Assembly (NCBI GenBank): GCA_951406725.2
Contig: OX597822.1
Span: 8,866,001-8,930,000 of the forward strand
Length of the DNA: 64,000 nucleotides
Direction: 5' to 3'
Origin: Octopus vulgaris
Lineage: Eukaryota
The position numbers and the translations under genes are program-made. Below the pieces are notes generated by a model. The model saw nothing but the letters and a program-made list of their open reading frames with translations, was not told the origin of the DNA and ran no database searches. This document shows, in pieces, positions 28,480 to 41,609 of this stretch; the first letter of the stretch is position 1; the number at the start of each line of letters is the position of its first letter.

Positions 28480-28672
28480 AGAGATGGCAAAATCGTTAAC
28501 ACACTGGACAAACAATGCTTAGCAATACTTCTGTTATTTACGTTCTGAGTACAAATCTCGCAGTGTCAAATTTATTTTTGTATCCTTTCGGGGTCGATAA
28601 AAAGCACCGGACAAGGACTGCAATGGTCTTTCCTCTTCATCTAAAAATCTGGCATTGTACAAATTTATAAAG
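28480..28672 (+). mobile_element. decayed SINE family D
   Basis: TTACGTTCTGAGT...ATCCTTTCGGGGTCGATAAA. Confidence 0.6.
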
Positions 28673-28674
28673 AA

Positions 28675-29062
28675 CTAGCAGTATCGCCCGGCGTTGCTCG
28701 GGTTTGTAAGGGAAACAACTATAAAGCATTTTTAGAGAGTTATAGCCAAAAAATAGCAAAAAAATGCATTAAAAATGGGAAAAAAATTATGGTAATTTTT
28801 TTTTTAAATCGTTGACTCATCGTAGACATTTTTAGAAAGTTACTTCCCTTATATAATAGCGAAAAATATGCATTAAAACGGTAAATTATTTTTAAAATCG
28901 TAGTCTCATCGTAGACGCGCGCTAAAACCCAGAAGGGCTCGATATGAATCACGACTATAAGATACCCGGTTTTGGTTAAACTGCACCGCAAAATGTGGGA
29001 GCAGTTAGGAATCTAAATCGTAGGAGACAGACAGCACACAACCTCACTTTTATATATAAAGA
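28675..29062 (-). mobile_element. non-autonomous Helitron
   Basis: Reverse complement runs TC...CCCGAGCAACGCCGGG...CTAG with an A|T target. Confidence 0.88.
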
Positions 29063-29720
29063 TTATAAAATACAAGACACTTTTATTGATGTAACTAATG
29101 TAAATGTGTTTATCGTGTTTTGTTTTTTTATCGTTTATCATTTTTGGACCGGTATGCACCATGTATCTGCTTTTTAAATGTCTCTCACATTGTGAACTGG
29201 AGGAGGTTTTTTTTTTATTTTTGCCGTACCCTGTACTTGCATTTTATATAATTAATGTGATTCATGCTAGGTGTGTTTTGTATTTTGAATATCTTAGAAT
29301 GTCAGATCATTTTAGGGTAATTTTCATTAGTTGTTCCATGATACGAGGACTGTTAAAGTCACATAACTAATAATTTATGATGATGTTGTTCATATTTTTA
29401 TTCTTTTTCATATTGTGAAAGATAAGATTGTATTTTGACTGACGTTGCTAATTACCAGGTCGTTTTGTAAGACTAACTGCAATGATTTTTATTGGAAATT
29501 CCTGGTTTACATTAGCATTATACCGTAATAATAAGAGATTAAGATTCCTTATAGAGCAAAGTGGATAATTAAAAAAACATGCAAGACATTTTTTGCTACA
29601 GACACATGTACTGGCGTCTGTCGTTGATTCTTCTTCGATATGAATAGTTTTTACTTCTGAAATTCCAACTGTCTCTATAAAGGTTTCCATTATTTTCGAT
29701 TTTTTATAAAAATATAAATA

Positions 29721-30661
29721 AAGATGGAGAATACATACATAGGATAATCAATTTATTTATTTATTACTAGCAGTATCGTCCGGCGTTGCTCGGGTTTGTA
29801 AGGGAAATAACTATATAAGCATTTTTAGAGAGTTATAGTAAAAAAATAGCAAATAAATGCATTAAAATTGGGAAAAAAATGATAGTAATTTTTTTTTAAT
29901 CGTTGACTCATCGTAGACATTTTTAGAGAGTTACTTCCCTTACATAATAGCGAAAAAATGCATTAAAATGGAAAAAATGATGGTAATTTTTTTTAAATCG
30001 TAGACTCATCGTAGACGCGCGCTAATACCCAGAAGGGCTCGATATGAATCACGTCTATAAGATACCCGGTTTTGGTTAAACTGCACCGCAAAATGTGGGA
30101 GTAGTTAGGAATCTAAATCGTAGGAGACAGACACACAACTTGACTTTTATATATAAAGATTTATTTATTCATTATCATAATCAATTCATATTGCCTACGC
30201 AGCGCTCGATTTACGAGGCATCTCAGTTTGTTGTTCCATGCAAATTAGTACATTTAAGTGCATTATGAGGCTGAAAGCAAAAACTTCATCAGAGCAAATT
30301 GGCTTCCATTTTTTCAAATCCTATCATATACAGGGTTTATTTCAATTGAATTGTAGACTGCATGTCTTGGATTCTGTTCCAAAAATAGTCAGAAGTCAAA
30401 ATCAACTTCTGGTTACTTTTAGAACAGAATCCAAGACACACATGCTACAATCCGATTGGAATAAGCTCTCCATACTTTAGGATGCGAACAAAATGGAAGT
30501 CAATTTGTCCTGAAGACGATTTTGCTTTCAACTTCATAATACACTTAAATGTGCAAATTTGGATGGAGTAACAAACCGAAACGCCGTGTAAGCAATATGA
30601 ATTGACTATGATAATTAATTAATGAATAAATTGATTATCCTACGCATGTATTCTCCATCTT
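29721..30661. repeat. long imperfect palindrome (arms about 255 bp) interrupted by a Helitron; decayed HHR-like cores in both arms
   Basis: AAGATGGAGAATACAT...AGAAGT / ACTTCT...ATGTATTCTCCATCTT, centre at about 30400. Confidence 0.8.
29767..30159 (-). mobile_element. non-autonomous Helitron nested in the palindrome's left arm
   Basis: Same termini and hairpin as the other copies. Confidence 0.88.
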
Positions 30662-30662
30662 A

Positions 30663-30693
<31 letters not shown>

Positions 30694-30695
<2 letters not shown>

Positions 30696-30988
30696 GAGGC
30701 GCAATGGCCTAGTGGTTAGGGCAGTGGACTCGCGGTCGTAGGATCGCGGTTTTGATTCCCAGACCAATCGTTGTGAGTGTTTATTGAGCGAAAACGAGGC
30801 TCCGGCGGGTGGGGGCGATCCTTGCTGTACTCTTTCGCCACAACTTTCTCTCACTCTTTCTGCTGTTGGCCTGCTCGCTTAGCCAGCGGGGTGGCGTCAT
30901 TTGAAGGCTAAAACAATGCGAAGCGCATTGTGACCAGCGATGTGTAACAACATCTGATGGCCTGGTTGGTCACGGTGATCACGGTGAT
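30694..30988 (+). mobile_element. SINE family B head with tail Z
   Basis: Head as at 16755; tail GGCCTGCTCGCTTAGCCAGCGGG...(CACGGTGAT)2. Confidence 0.85.
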
Positions 30989-31409
30989 ATATATATATAA
31001 TTAAACTAAGCTGAAGCGCGATGTGTAAATTCATACTTTTGAAACCAACGAGTGAAGAGGTAAACAGCGCATAATCTATCATTGCCTGTATATACCGTAC
31101 ACACGCACACACACACACACACACTCATAAGCATGCATACACCCACACACAAACACGCGCACACACCCACATTTATACATACGGCGTAATTGAAGACCGT
31201 CATTACCAATGTGATGACATTGTTTTGTTTAATTCTATACAGCTCCTGAAATTTTGTGGTTTTGTGAACTGGTTATTGAATGTTTGTATCTGTGCATAAT
31301 TGAGTAGATACACTATAAATAATGTAGTGAGTGTACAATCTGTCGAGTACACAAATGCTCATGTTTCATTACTATCTATGTGCTTGCATATTGTTTATAT
31401 CCATGTGGC

Positions 31410-31469
<60 letters not shown>

Positions 31470-31520
31470 CATGTGTATTAGTGTGTGTATACCTACATAT
31501 ATACATACATACTTGCATAC

Positions 31521-31790
31521 ATAGTCAATCCAAACATGAACCAGCAAGAAAAAACAACAACGCGAGGACGTGGAATAAGTACAGTGTTTTTGGACGCGCA
31601 GGAAAGGAAAGAAAAGAAAGAGGATTTAACGTTTCGGGCGGAGCTCTTCATCAGAAGTATAGAAAAAGTCAAAAGAAGGGAAGACGGAGAAAGAAAATCG
31701 CCAACGATACACACGCGGTCTCATATTGAAATGACCGGAATGGAATGGGTGAAGAAAAAGTTCTTTCAAAGACAGGAGATTGCAAGAGAA
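31521..31790 (-). mobile_element. second copy of the HHR-bearing short repeat (see 14570)
   Basis: Shared AACGCGAGGACGTGGAA, CGGAGCTCTTC.TCAGAA and TCGCCAACG.TACACACGCGGTC. Confidence 0.7.
31625..31657 (-). ncRNA. minimal hammerhead motif (canonical core)
   Basis: Reverse complement CTT-CTGATGA-A-GAGC(TCC)GCCC-GAAA-CG-TT-AAA; palindromic AACGTT; one mismatch in stem II. Confidence 0.45.
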
Positions 31791-32149
31791 GGAGGTATGC
31801 GTGTGTATGTGTGGGTATGTGCGTGCGTGCAGGTCTGTGTGTGTGTGTGTGTATAAATACAAACTTGCATAGGTTCAATCCAGGAGCCTCCGTTGTATAA
31901 TCCCTGGAATCTTTTATTAGTTTTCATTGCACCACTCATCGATTTGGAGGACTTGAATCTGTTTCATCCTTTGTTTCTCCCGTCCTGTTTTGTTTTCCTA
32001 AACACCAACATTTCTAGGCTTTTATGAAATTCTGTCGTTGCGAAACGTAGTGTATCTTTGACAGTAGATACAAATGACTTATATTCAACCTATGGCTATA
32101 AGAGCTGTAAGTTTCTCATTCACATCTGACAGGCAGCAGATCTCAACAA

Positions 32150-32560
32150 TAGCGCAAAATTCCCCTAAGTTTCATTGTACAATATCTTTCCTGTTCATTT
32201 AGTATAGCCACCATGACAATCGTTCTTGCGTTTAGTTTTGTATACGGTTTTAGTGGCAACGTCGTGTTTCATGGAAAGTTAATATCTTGGGGATGTTTCT
32301 CGACAGATGTTATTGATGGGGTGATAAACTCCCCTCTAGTGTAGCACAAGCGACAGCCCGGATATATAGAAACATACATATCTCTCTTGTTGATTACATA
32401 TTTGTGGATTAACTTCATACCCCTAGATATCCAAGTTGCAGTTTTCTGCGTGGGATGTAAATATTTAAGAGCTTTGGGAAATGATACTGCTATTAATTCA
32501 AACTTCATGGAATATCTCATACATAATTTCCTGCTAAGTATTCTCTCCCAAGTCTCTGTT
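32150..32560 (-). pseudogene. decayed R4/Dong-clade fragment (CCHC-RHD region)
   Basis: KYVINKRD..CRLC...ITxINNICRETSPRY*LSMKHDVATKTVY across a frameshift, parallel to 13470-13590. Confidence 0.6.
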
Positions 32561-34261
32561 AAAATAGTTCCGACCAACCAACACTGGTTCACATGCAGCA
32601 GGTGTAGACACATTGTACCAGTCCAGCTAAAAGCACGCCAATTAATTTTATGATATTAATTTTACTGTTGTGTGTACACTAGATGTATTCATTTTACTCT
32701 TTATTGTTTAGTTCAATACACAATGCAGCAGTCAGACGCCGTCAGGACTCAACTGTAGAAGAGTATGTAACTTGATGCGCATGCTTGTATGTATGTATGT
32801 ATGTATGTATGTATGTACGTACGTATGTATGGATGAATGGGAGGATGGGTGGATTGCTGGACCGACGGACGGCTGCGTGTGTAGTGACTGGATACAAGCT
32901 TCTGATGAAGTGCATGTACGCTGAAATCACGTGATCTTATAGTTCCACCATTCAGGCTAGAGGATTCTCAATGAACCACATGACTGCTACTTTGCACTTT
33001 ACATTTGTTTAAAACGATTTCTCAAGGTGAATACCGTATTTATGAGATGTTCTGACAATACATCCACACTCTGTAAAATCTACAGACTGGTATTTGGTAT
33101 TTGGTATTAACATTGCAGCTGTCGCCAATATTTAATTTTCTGAAGAGACTTCCGGTTATTAATGAATCTAAATTTCATTAGCAGTGGGATTTGGCTAGGA
33201 AGCGGTGAGTGGATGCTTGTTATTGATGAAAGAATTGTATGCTGAAATCACACACTATGTGAATCTCGTCTGCAAACGATATATCTCTGTTTCTCAGCAC
33301 TTCACGTAAGGCAAATACAACTTTCTAATTATATATCTACGTTAAGTAAGATATAAAGATTACTTCCGTCGCTAACATACATAGGTATACACACATATAC
33401 ACACGCGGAAATCTAGCAGAGTTATAGCACGAGGAACTGATGTGCTTTTGTAATGTATACACTGCAAAGGGAATGATGTATAGTTGTGCATCAAAACAAA
33501 GATCTTTGCCCCATATTTTATAACAACTGTATCTTCATTTATTACCGTCCATTTGTTAAACTATTGTCTCATCGAATACGGCATGTTTTGGTTCAGATAT
33601 ATTATTAAAAATATTATTAATTACTTTTCCGGTGAATGTTATTGAATTAATGTTGAGACAAATTTCGATAAAAATAAAATCCAAGATGTATTTTAGCTTT
33701 GCCAGTATATTAGGTAAACTTTCCAAGCGAGAGCTTTTTGATGTTCACAACATCAATGTTGTTTATTAAATAAACTGCAGTAAAGTTGCGTCATATATTC
33801 CTTTGTGGGTTTTTAAACGATGAAAGCCGTACATCAATAATGTTATAAGCATTTCAAATATTTCAAATTGTTTATTTTACTACGGAGCCTCGACATACCA
33901 ACGCAATAAATATGCTGCATTTATTCGAATTTAATATTGACAAGGGAAGGAGATCAAAATACAATTTTCCCATAGATATGAGGTTAACAAGCGCGCTTCA
34001 TAACCACATGTGCTTTTAGGTTCGTATTCCACAACGCAGCAAGTTGTATATACGTTTTCTCAAGCAACCATGATTTTATATACAAACAGAATCAGGCAGC
34101 CGGAAACGCAGTAGCATTCCATATTTGTGTGTGGGGGAGGAGGGTGTAATACTTTTATGTCGTTTCAAGTACGTTCACTGTATTCGGCTACTTGATGTTA
34201 TCAACCGTATAGATTGAGTTTAAAACATATGAAAGAGAGAGAAAATTGCATCCATGTGCAC

Positions 34262-34625
34262 TTTATTAATCGCTACGATCGTTTCGACCCATTGTGTATC
34301 GGTCGTTCATGGGTGATATTCTGTACAAATAGCTGTAGTGCTTCATTCGGTGCAGATGTACCTTGTCTGGTGACTTATCAAAAGGTACCACGTTCTACAA
34401 TATCCATTTCGCTTATTTGAATACTTTTCGGTATTTGTCTGTAGCTGGTGACATACAGGAAAGAGCAACTTGATACTCCTCTTCAGGCAAATATCGAAAT
34501 GTATTCAAATCGATAAAATCGACACGGAGATTTACAAACAAGGTACTGTCTGACAACTGACCTGATGAGGCACATCTGCACTGAATGATGCACAATGGGT
34601 CGAAACGAGCGTAGTGATTAATAAA
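34262..34625. repeat. imperfect palindrome of about 365 bp with hammerhead-like fragments
   Basis: TTTATTAATCGCTACGATCGTTTCGACCCATTGTG versus CACAATGGGTCGAAACGAGCGTAGTGATTAATAAA, plus further internal matching blocks. Confidence 0.78.
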
Positions 34626-34744
34626 CATTCTTAGAAAATTTCATTATGTCTTTTAATTATAGGTTATATATATATAAGACAGAGATATGTCTTAGGGAAG
34701 GAAAAATTTATAAAAAGATCTCTACTCTACGAGCAGATATAATC

Positions 34745-35296
34745 CTGATTCGTCAAAAAACTGATGACGTATTACCTCAGTGGTGAAGCTATTGTCACCC
34801 TGCTTGGTCGGTTTCCCCACACGATACAGCTATGGGTCAGACCCGATTCTGATTGGTCAAAACATTGATGACGTCTCGTTCTGCTGGACTAGCCACCTAA
34901 CAGGATGATTGGTCAAAACATTGATGACGTCTCGTTCCGCTGGACTACAGCTATGGGTCAGACCCGATTCTGATTGGTCAAAACATTGATGACGTCTCGT
35001 TCTGCTGGACTAGCCACCTAACAGGATGATTGGTCAAAACATTGATGACGTCTCGTTCCGCTGGACTAACCACCTAACAGGACACAGTCATGGGTCAGAT
35101 CTAATTTCGATTCGTCAAAAAAATGATGACGTATTTCTTCCGTGGCCAAACTGTCGTTCCGCTTGGTTGGTTTCCTAACAGGATACAGTTGGGAGTCTTT
35201 TCACTATATTCGTTGAGACTGGGTTTTGATTGGTCTGGAACTATATGACGTCAGTGAAAAGTGCAAGTGATCACAGCTTAGCTGAGCTGATATAAA
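34745..35296 (+). promoter_or_regulatory. tandem array of seven ATTGG/ATTCG-N12-TGACGT modules followed by TATAAA
   Basis: Includes an exact 121-bp duplication (34825/34946), a perfect CRE TGACGTCA at 35246-35253 and TATAAA at 35291; function is inferred. Confidence 0.5.
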
Positions 35297-35512
35297 CCCA
35301 ACAATCACAAAATTCACCAAAATTATGCGAACAGACACCAACCAAAAATCATTACTATTGCTCCCATTGGAACACAAGGTAAAATCCAAAATAAATTCCT
35401 CGCTTTTTCAAGAACATGAATTTTTTATATTTGACTCTATTGAATATGTCACAATTATGAACTACTACATCATACTCTTTAAACATATAGCATGAACTCT
35501 CTTTATTATATA

Positions 35513-35565
35513 TAATTTTTTTTGATAAGGTTCGTCATTTCAAGAACCGAAACATGTTAAAATTA
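35513..35565 (+). ncRNA. minimal type I hammerhead, U3-A8 core
   Basis: TAATTTTTT-TTGATAA-GGTTC(GTCATTTCAA)GAACC-GAAA-CATG-TT^AAAATTA; palindromic AACATGTT. Confidence 0.68.
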
Positions 35566-35643
35566 AAATTTGTCTAATATAGCAGCATTTTCAAACTTCA
35601 TTTTTTACAAATATATACCCACTCGTATACAAGCTAATCTTAT

Positions 35644-35729
<86 letters not shown>

Positions 35730-35850
35730 ATACTTGCCATCTCAATATGGCTAACCACTAAGGGTGGCCTGTAGCCTGTAGCCCCAGGAGAACATCGTCT
35801 CCAGCTGGCTTTAGGCACACTCTCCTAGCCCTTATGGTATTTGCAAAGGG

Positions 35851-35954
<104 letters not shown>

Positions 35955-36396
35955 GTATGTATGTAAGTATGTATGTGTGTGTGTATGTTTGTATTATGAA
36001 TGTATGTATGTTTGTGTGTATGTGTTTACCCCCAACGCCCAACATCGATCGACAGTCAATGCTAGTGTGTTTACATCACCGTAACTTAGCGGTTCGGCAA
36101 GAGGAACTGATACAATAAGTACTAAGCTTACAAAAAATGAGTCATGGGGTCGGTTTACTCGACTATAGGCGGCAGTCATATGGCTGAAACAAATAAAAGA
36201 AAGAATATGTATATCGAAATAATGGCGCAAAGAAGTGTTAACGTATGATCACACTCTAGATTAGTTCAAATATGTTTGTCACATATTTCCACTGCTGAAG
36301 GCAAATACACTACAGTTATCGTGGAGAAAAAATCTCTCTTATGATAAAAAGGATTGAAAGCAGCCAGTTCGATCAGTGTCTCCCTCTCTCGGGAAA

Positions 36397-36439
36397 CTCA
36401 GACATCGATGTTTCGTGTTTATTGGCTCTTGTCAATGAG
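36397..36439 (-). ncRNA. type I hammerhead, U3-A8 core
   Basis: Reverse complement CTCA-TTGACAA-GAG(CCAATAAA)CAC-GAAA-CATCGATG-TC^TGAG; GUC triplet; stem I extends via TCTCTTAGG/CCCGAGAGA; one mismatch in stem II. Confidence 0.62.
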
Positions 36440-36463
36440 ATGTACCTAAGAGATAGTTGCCAC

Positions 36464-36601
<138 letters not shown>

Positions 36602-36706
36602 ATGTATATATCTATACATGTATATGTATGTAAATAAATATATATATATATATATTCATATATGTACATTTATGTGTATATATATGTGTACACACACACA
36701 CACACA

Positions 36707-36759
<53 letters not shown>

Positions 36760-36765
36760 ATACAC

Positions 36766-36839
<74 letters not shown>

Positions 36840-37157
36840 GTGTGTGCGTATCATAGAAAATCGCTACATTCGTGAAATTGTAAATGAAAATTTTAATGCA
36901 AAATCATATTTCAGGGTCTAATTATAGGATCTGATACAAGTACGCTACGAATAGCATAATTGTATGTGCTCGTATTTACCTGAATGAATGTCTTCATACA
37001 CATGCGAATGTGTATGCGTGTCTGTATCTAAATATATACGAGTGTAATTCTGTGTGTGTGTGCGTGTGTGTCTGTGTGCATCATTGTATGCGTACGACTT
37101 TATGCATACCTATGTTGGTAATTAGATAGATAGATAGCTGGCTACATAGATTTAAAA

Positions 37158-37478
37158 GACTCCGCCGGTTACGACGACGAGGGTCCCAGCTGATACGATC
37201 AACGGAACAGCTTGCTCGTGAAATTAACGTGCAAATGGCTGAGCATTCCACAGACACGTGTACCCTTAACGTAGTTCTCGGGGATAATCAGCGTGACACA
37301 GAGAGTGACAAGGCTGACCCTTTGAAATACAAGTACAACTCATTTTTGCCAGCTGAGTGGACTGGAGCAACGTGAAATAAAGTGTCTTGCTCAAGGACAC
37401 AACGCGTCGCCGGGAATCGAACTCACAACCTTACGATCATGAGCCGAATGCCCTAACCACTAAGCCACGCGCCCTCAC
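37158..37478 (-). mobile_element. full-length SINE family C (head C + tail X)
   Basis: Reverse complement GTGAGGGCGCGTGGCTTAGTGG...GAGTTCGATTCCC...TGTGTCCTTGAGCAAGACACTTTA...GTCGTCGTAACCGGCGGAG. Confidence 0.9.
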
Positions 37479-37490
37479 TTACATAGATAA

Positions 37491-38180
37491 GTTTCTTTAT
37501 TAGCCACACAGGGCTGCACACAGATGGGACAAATTACAAGGTAGAGCTTTTCTTTTGGGGATTGAAAAAAAAAAGTGGCGTAGATTTTCCATCAAAGGGG
37601 ATCGTAAAAGGGAAAAAAGAAAAAAAGAAAAAAAGGAAAAGAAACAAAAGAAAAGAAAAAAGAAACAAGAAACAAGAGGAAAAAAACGATCAATAGGGAT
37701 CGTGTATCATAGTGTCATGTTGTACGGTGTAAAGGGGGAAGCAGATAAGGTTTATCCGTGGGAAGAAAAGCATACGAAAAAGACCACGTTAACCTCGGTC
37801 AATATTGTTATATGTTACCACATTTGTTTGCAAGTGGGTAACCCTCTGTTTTCAATTTCTGGGTTCATAGGATTATGCTCAAGGTGGCTTCGTCATTCAT
37901 ACGTGCCATCCTTACTACATTCACCCATCTTTTTTAAAACATTCGCTAGACAAAACTTGCCTCTCTACTCTCACTTTCCTTTTCAAGTGATACTTGAAGA
38001 AGTTGATGAGAGATTGACCAGAGAGGAAAGTGTTTGTCTCCAATCCTTTCAGACGCGTCCACCAGATACATTCTTTCGTCATACCCACAAGGATGATGAA
38101 AATAGCTCTTCCTTTCCGTTTGAAGGAAGGAGGCATGACGATATTGACGATAGACTCAGCTAATAAACCGACTCATCCCA
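37491..38180 (-). mobile_element. 3' end of a Tx1/L1-like LINE (ORF2 C-terminus and 3' UTR)
   Basis: ORF 37921..38136 contains a KECIWWTR (KxxIWxxR-type) motif; T-rich UTR ending AATAAAGAAAC; bordered by GATA repeats. Confidence 0.7.
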
Positions 38181-38181
38181 C

Positions 38182-38431
<250 letters not shown>

Positions 38432-39795
38432 AATTGCACACGCTCATGCATACGTAGATACACACTCACTCGATCTCAATCACAATCACCTAACACGTGT
38501 ACCATTCCTTCATCTTTTGCTGCTCGTGTTGAATTATTTCTTATTAAAATTAAACTCGTTCTAGCAACTCTTCATACATCTTTTATTACAATGCAGAATA
38601 CACCTATGAAATTGATTTTGCGAGAACCATATTCACCACATAAAATTGAATGAATCCTAAAAGAAAAATTTTATTTAAGTATGAGATCATGTGTGGAAAT
38701 CATTTCTTGCTCTGCAGGTTCTTGTTTTCAATAAAAAACAAAATGTGCTCTTCTGCCACAACATGCGATATTGAGCTAACAAGCAGCGAAACATGGAATT
38801 TTCATTCGGGTGATTTATTTAATATAAGAAGATACGTTGATAAAAGAAGACTTCCACTGATAACTGAAAGCCCGTGAAGCGAAAAAGCTTATAAGGTAAA
38901 AAAAGGAACGAAACAGAAAACATTTCCTTAGCCCCAAAATGGATGCTCCTACGGTCGGTGGTAAAAATTAACCGCAAGATAAATATAAATTTCAACGGAA
39001 TTCACAATTTCTTTTGAATAAGACAGTTATAAAAGATTTTTATCGTCTGGATTAGGTTATCATAGTTTTAATGGTACGGGACGTTATAACCTGCACAATG
39101 TCCTTTGTTTAGAGCCAAGGTAACATGTCACCGACGCTGATAATGGTTTCTGTATGAGAGGCCAGTATAAACTTTGAATAGTATTTCTAAGTGGTGCTGT
39201 ATGGTCCTCAGTTTTGGGGTATTTTCATATTTCTCTCATTGTCTAATGCTTGCGAGGCATTACCTTATTGAAGAAATATCTTTGCGTATTGTGCTGCAAT
39301 ACGTGCAGCTCTATTAAATGTGGTTCTCTTGCTTTTATTTTAATTGTCAACAATAGCACTTCCTCTAATAATCGCAATGTTTATCTTGTCTTTCGTTGTT
39401 ACATCGTGTTCTAAAATGTTTCCTTGCCATATTTAACGTCTATTCCAAATATTTTCTCTTTCTACTTTTTATTTATTTTGGAAGCTTCCCAAAACCTTGT
39501 AATTATATAAATTGTTGTAGCTAAAATACACCGGTAGACGGATTCTGTTATTTCCAGTAGAGCAATGAAAGAATAAATATTTATTATGTTATCAGCTCAT
39601 CATCGTTTGTGAATTCAATACATAGCATTACTTTTCTCATACCGGGTCCTGATGAATGGTGAAGCCATTATTAACTTGCACAATGCTAATTTTTTTTATC
39701 AGAATATCACGTTCACAAAGCTACTTGTTGTTTATATATTTCTGTGAGGGCCATGATAAACTTTCCATATTTCTTGGGGTTTTGTGGTATACAAT

Positions 39796-40196
39796 TACTC
39801 ATTTACTTGTTTCAGTCATGTGACTATGGCCATGCTAGAGCACCGCCTTTAGTCGAGCAAATCCACCCCGGGACTTATTCTTTGTAAGCCAAGTACTTAT
39901 TATATCGGTCTCTTTTGCCGAACCGCTAAGTGACGGGGACATAAACACACCAGCATCGATTGTCAGGCAATGCTATGGGGACAAACACAGACAGACAAAC
40001 ACACACACACACATATATATATATACATATATACGACAGGCTTCTTTCAGTTTCCGTCTACCAAATGCACTCACCAGGCATTGGTCGGCCCGGGGCTATA
40101 GCAGAAGACATTTGCCCAAGATGCCACGCGGTGGGAGTGAACCCGGAACCATGAGGCTGGTAAGCGAGCTACTTACCACACAGCCACTCCTGCGCC
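39796..40196 (-). mobile_element. full-length SINE family A
   Basis: Closely similar to 6252-6654; partial copies follow at about 40649-40788 (-) and 40812-41013 (+). Confidence 0.9.
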
Positions 40197-40443
40197 ATGT
40201 ATACATATATATTTACATATCAGTGCATATATACATAAAAGAGTATAAACATACGTACATATACATCAATATATATACATACATATAAGCATGTACTTAT
40301 ATATATGTACATATGTATGTGCATATACATATATATATGTATACATATGTGTGTGTGTGCGTATCTATGTGTATATATGTGTGGGTTAAAACCCAAACAA
40401 CGGAAAAGATAATTCATGAGGTACGCCGTTATAAAACTAGAAC

Positions 40444-40564
<121 letters not shown>

Positions 40565-40576
40565 TATACATATATA

Positions 40577-40635
<59 letters not shown>

Positions 40636-41019
40636 TACATAAATGCGCTGAAGCACCGCCTTTAATCGAGCAACTCGACCCCGGGACTTATTCTTTTGTA
40701 AGCCCAGTACTTATTCTATCGGTCTATTTTGCCGAACCGCTAGGTAACGGGGACATAAACACACCAGCATCGGTTGTCAAGCAATGCTATATATATATAT
40801 ATATATATATGTCTGCGTCTGTGTCTGACCCCTCACCATAGCTTGACAAAAGATGTCGGTGTGTCTACATCCCAGTAACTTAGCGTTTCGTCAAAACAGA
40901 CTAGGCTTACAAGGAATAAGTCCTGGGGTCTATTTCTTTGACTAAAATTCTTTTACGCGGTGCTACTGCATGGCCGCAGTCGAATGACTGAATTACTTAA
41001 AAGAATAAAAGAATATATG

Positions 41020-41609
41020 TATTTATTACACACATGTGAGTGAGAACATTTTGAGATATTTTTGGTATCTAACATATGTCAGATACTGCGAGCGCTGCTT
41101 CTGATTGGTCAATCCATGGTGATGACTCGAGGTCACGGTGACGGCACTACTTTTGTCATTCATAAGTTACAACTAAACTTCATTCATTACTTTCACGAGC
41201 AGGTAGAATGTAGCCATGTAATTAAACAAACATACTATCTTTTGTATACCAGATATCACTTGAAGTCATATACACATAAAATATAAACATTTCTGGTGGT
41301 AATTCAATTTTTTGTTGCCAAAAAAATCACAACATATTTCGTCTGCTCATCGATACTCTTGCAGTGCAGGTAGATCTATCAACAAGATGGCTACTGTTGT
41401 CGATATCAAGGTGAATGATTTTGTTAAGATTAAAATATGGTCGTTTATTCGTGTGTAATAAATAAAATACCAAACTCATTCCCTATGGATACCGTATTTA
41501 TTACAACTCGTGGCTTGTAAACGTATCTAACTCGCTTTCGCTCGTTAGATACGTTTACAAGCCACGAGTTGTAATAAATACGGTATCCATAGGGAATGAG
41601 TTTGGTATT
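41020..41609. mobile_element. unclassified element ending in a perfect 66-bp-arm palindrome
   Basis: Arms 41466-41531 and 41544-41609 with loop TCGCTTTCGCTC; TATTTATTACACAC at 41020 is inverted at 41451-41464. Confidence 0.65.

Noticed and set aside
29448-29690. 80-aa minus-strand ORF METFIETVGISEVK... as a first coding exon
   Set aside because: Protein-like composition but no recognisable motif or strong splice donor.
30160-30661. ADAR hyper-editing signature in the palindrome arms
   Set aside because: Arm mismatches are a mix of G.T, A.C and transversions with no strand bias, consistent with neutral decay.
32903-32940. Hammerhead-like CTGATGA-AGTG..CGCT-GAAA-TCACGTGA-TC
   Set aside because: Stem I does not pair at the core junction, and a related sequence at about 33225 lacks the motif.
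34745-35253. CRISPR-like repeat-spacer array
   Set aside because: The spacers are themselves duplicated or homologous, there are no cas genes, and the context is eukaryotic; it is a minisatellite.
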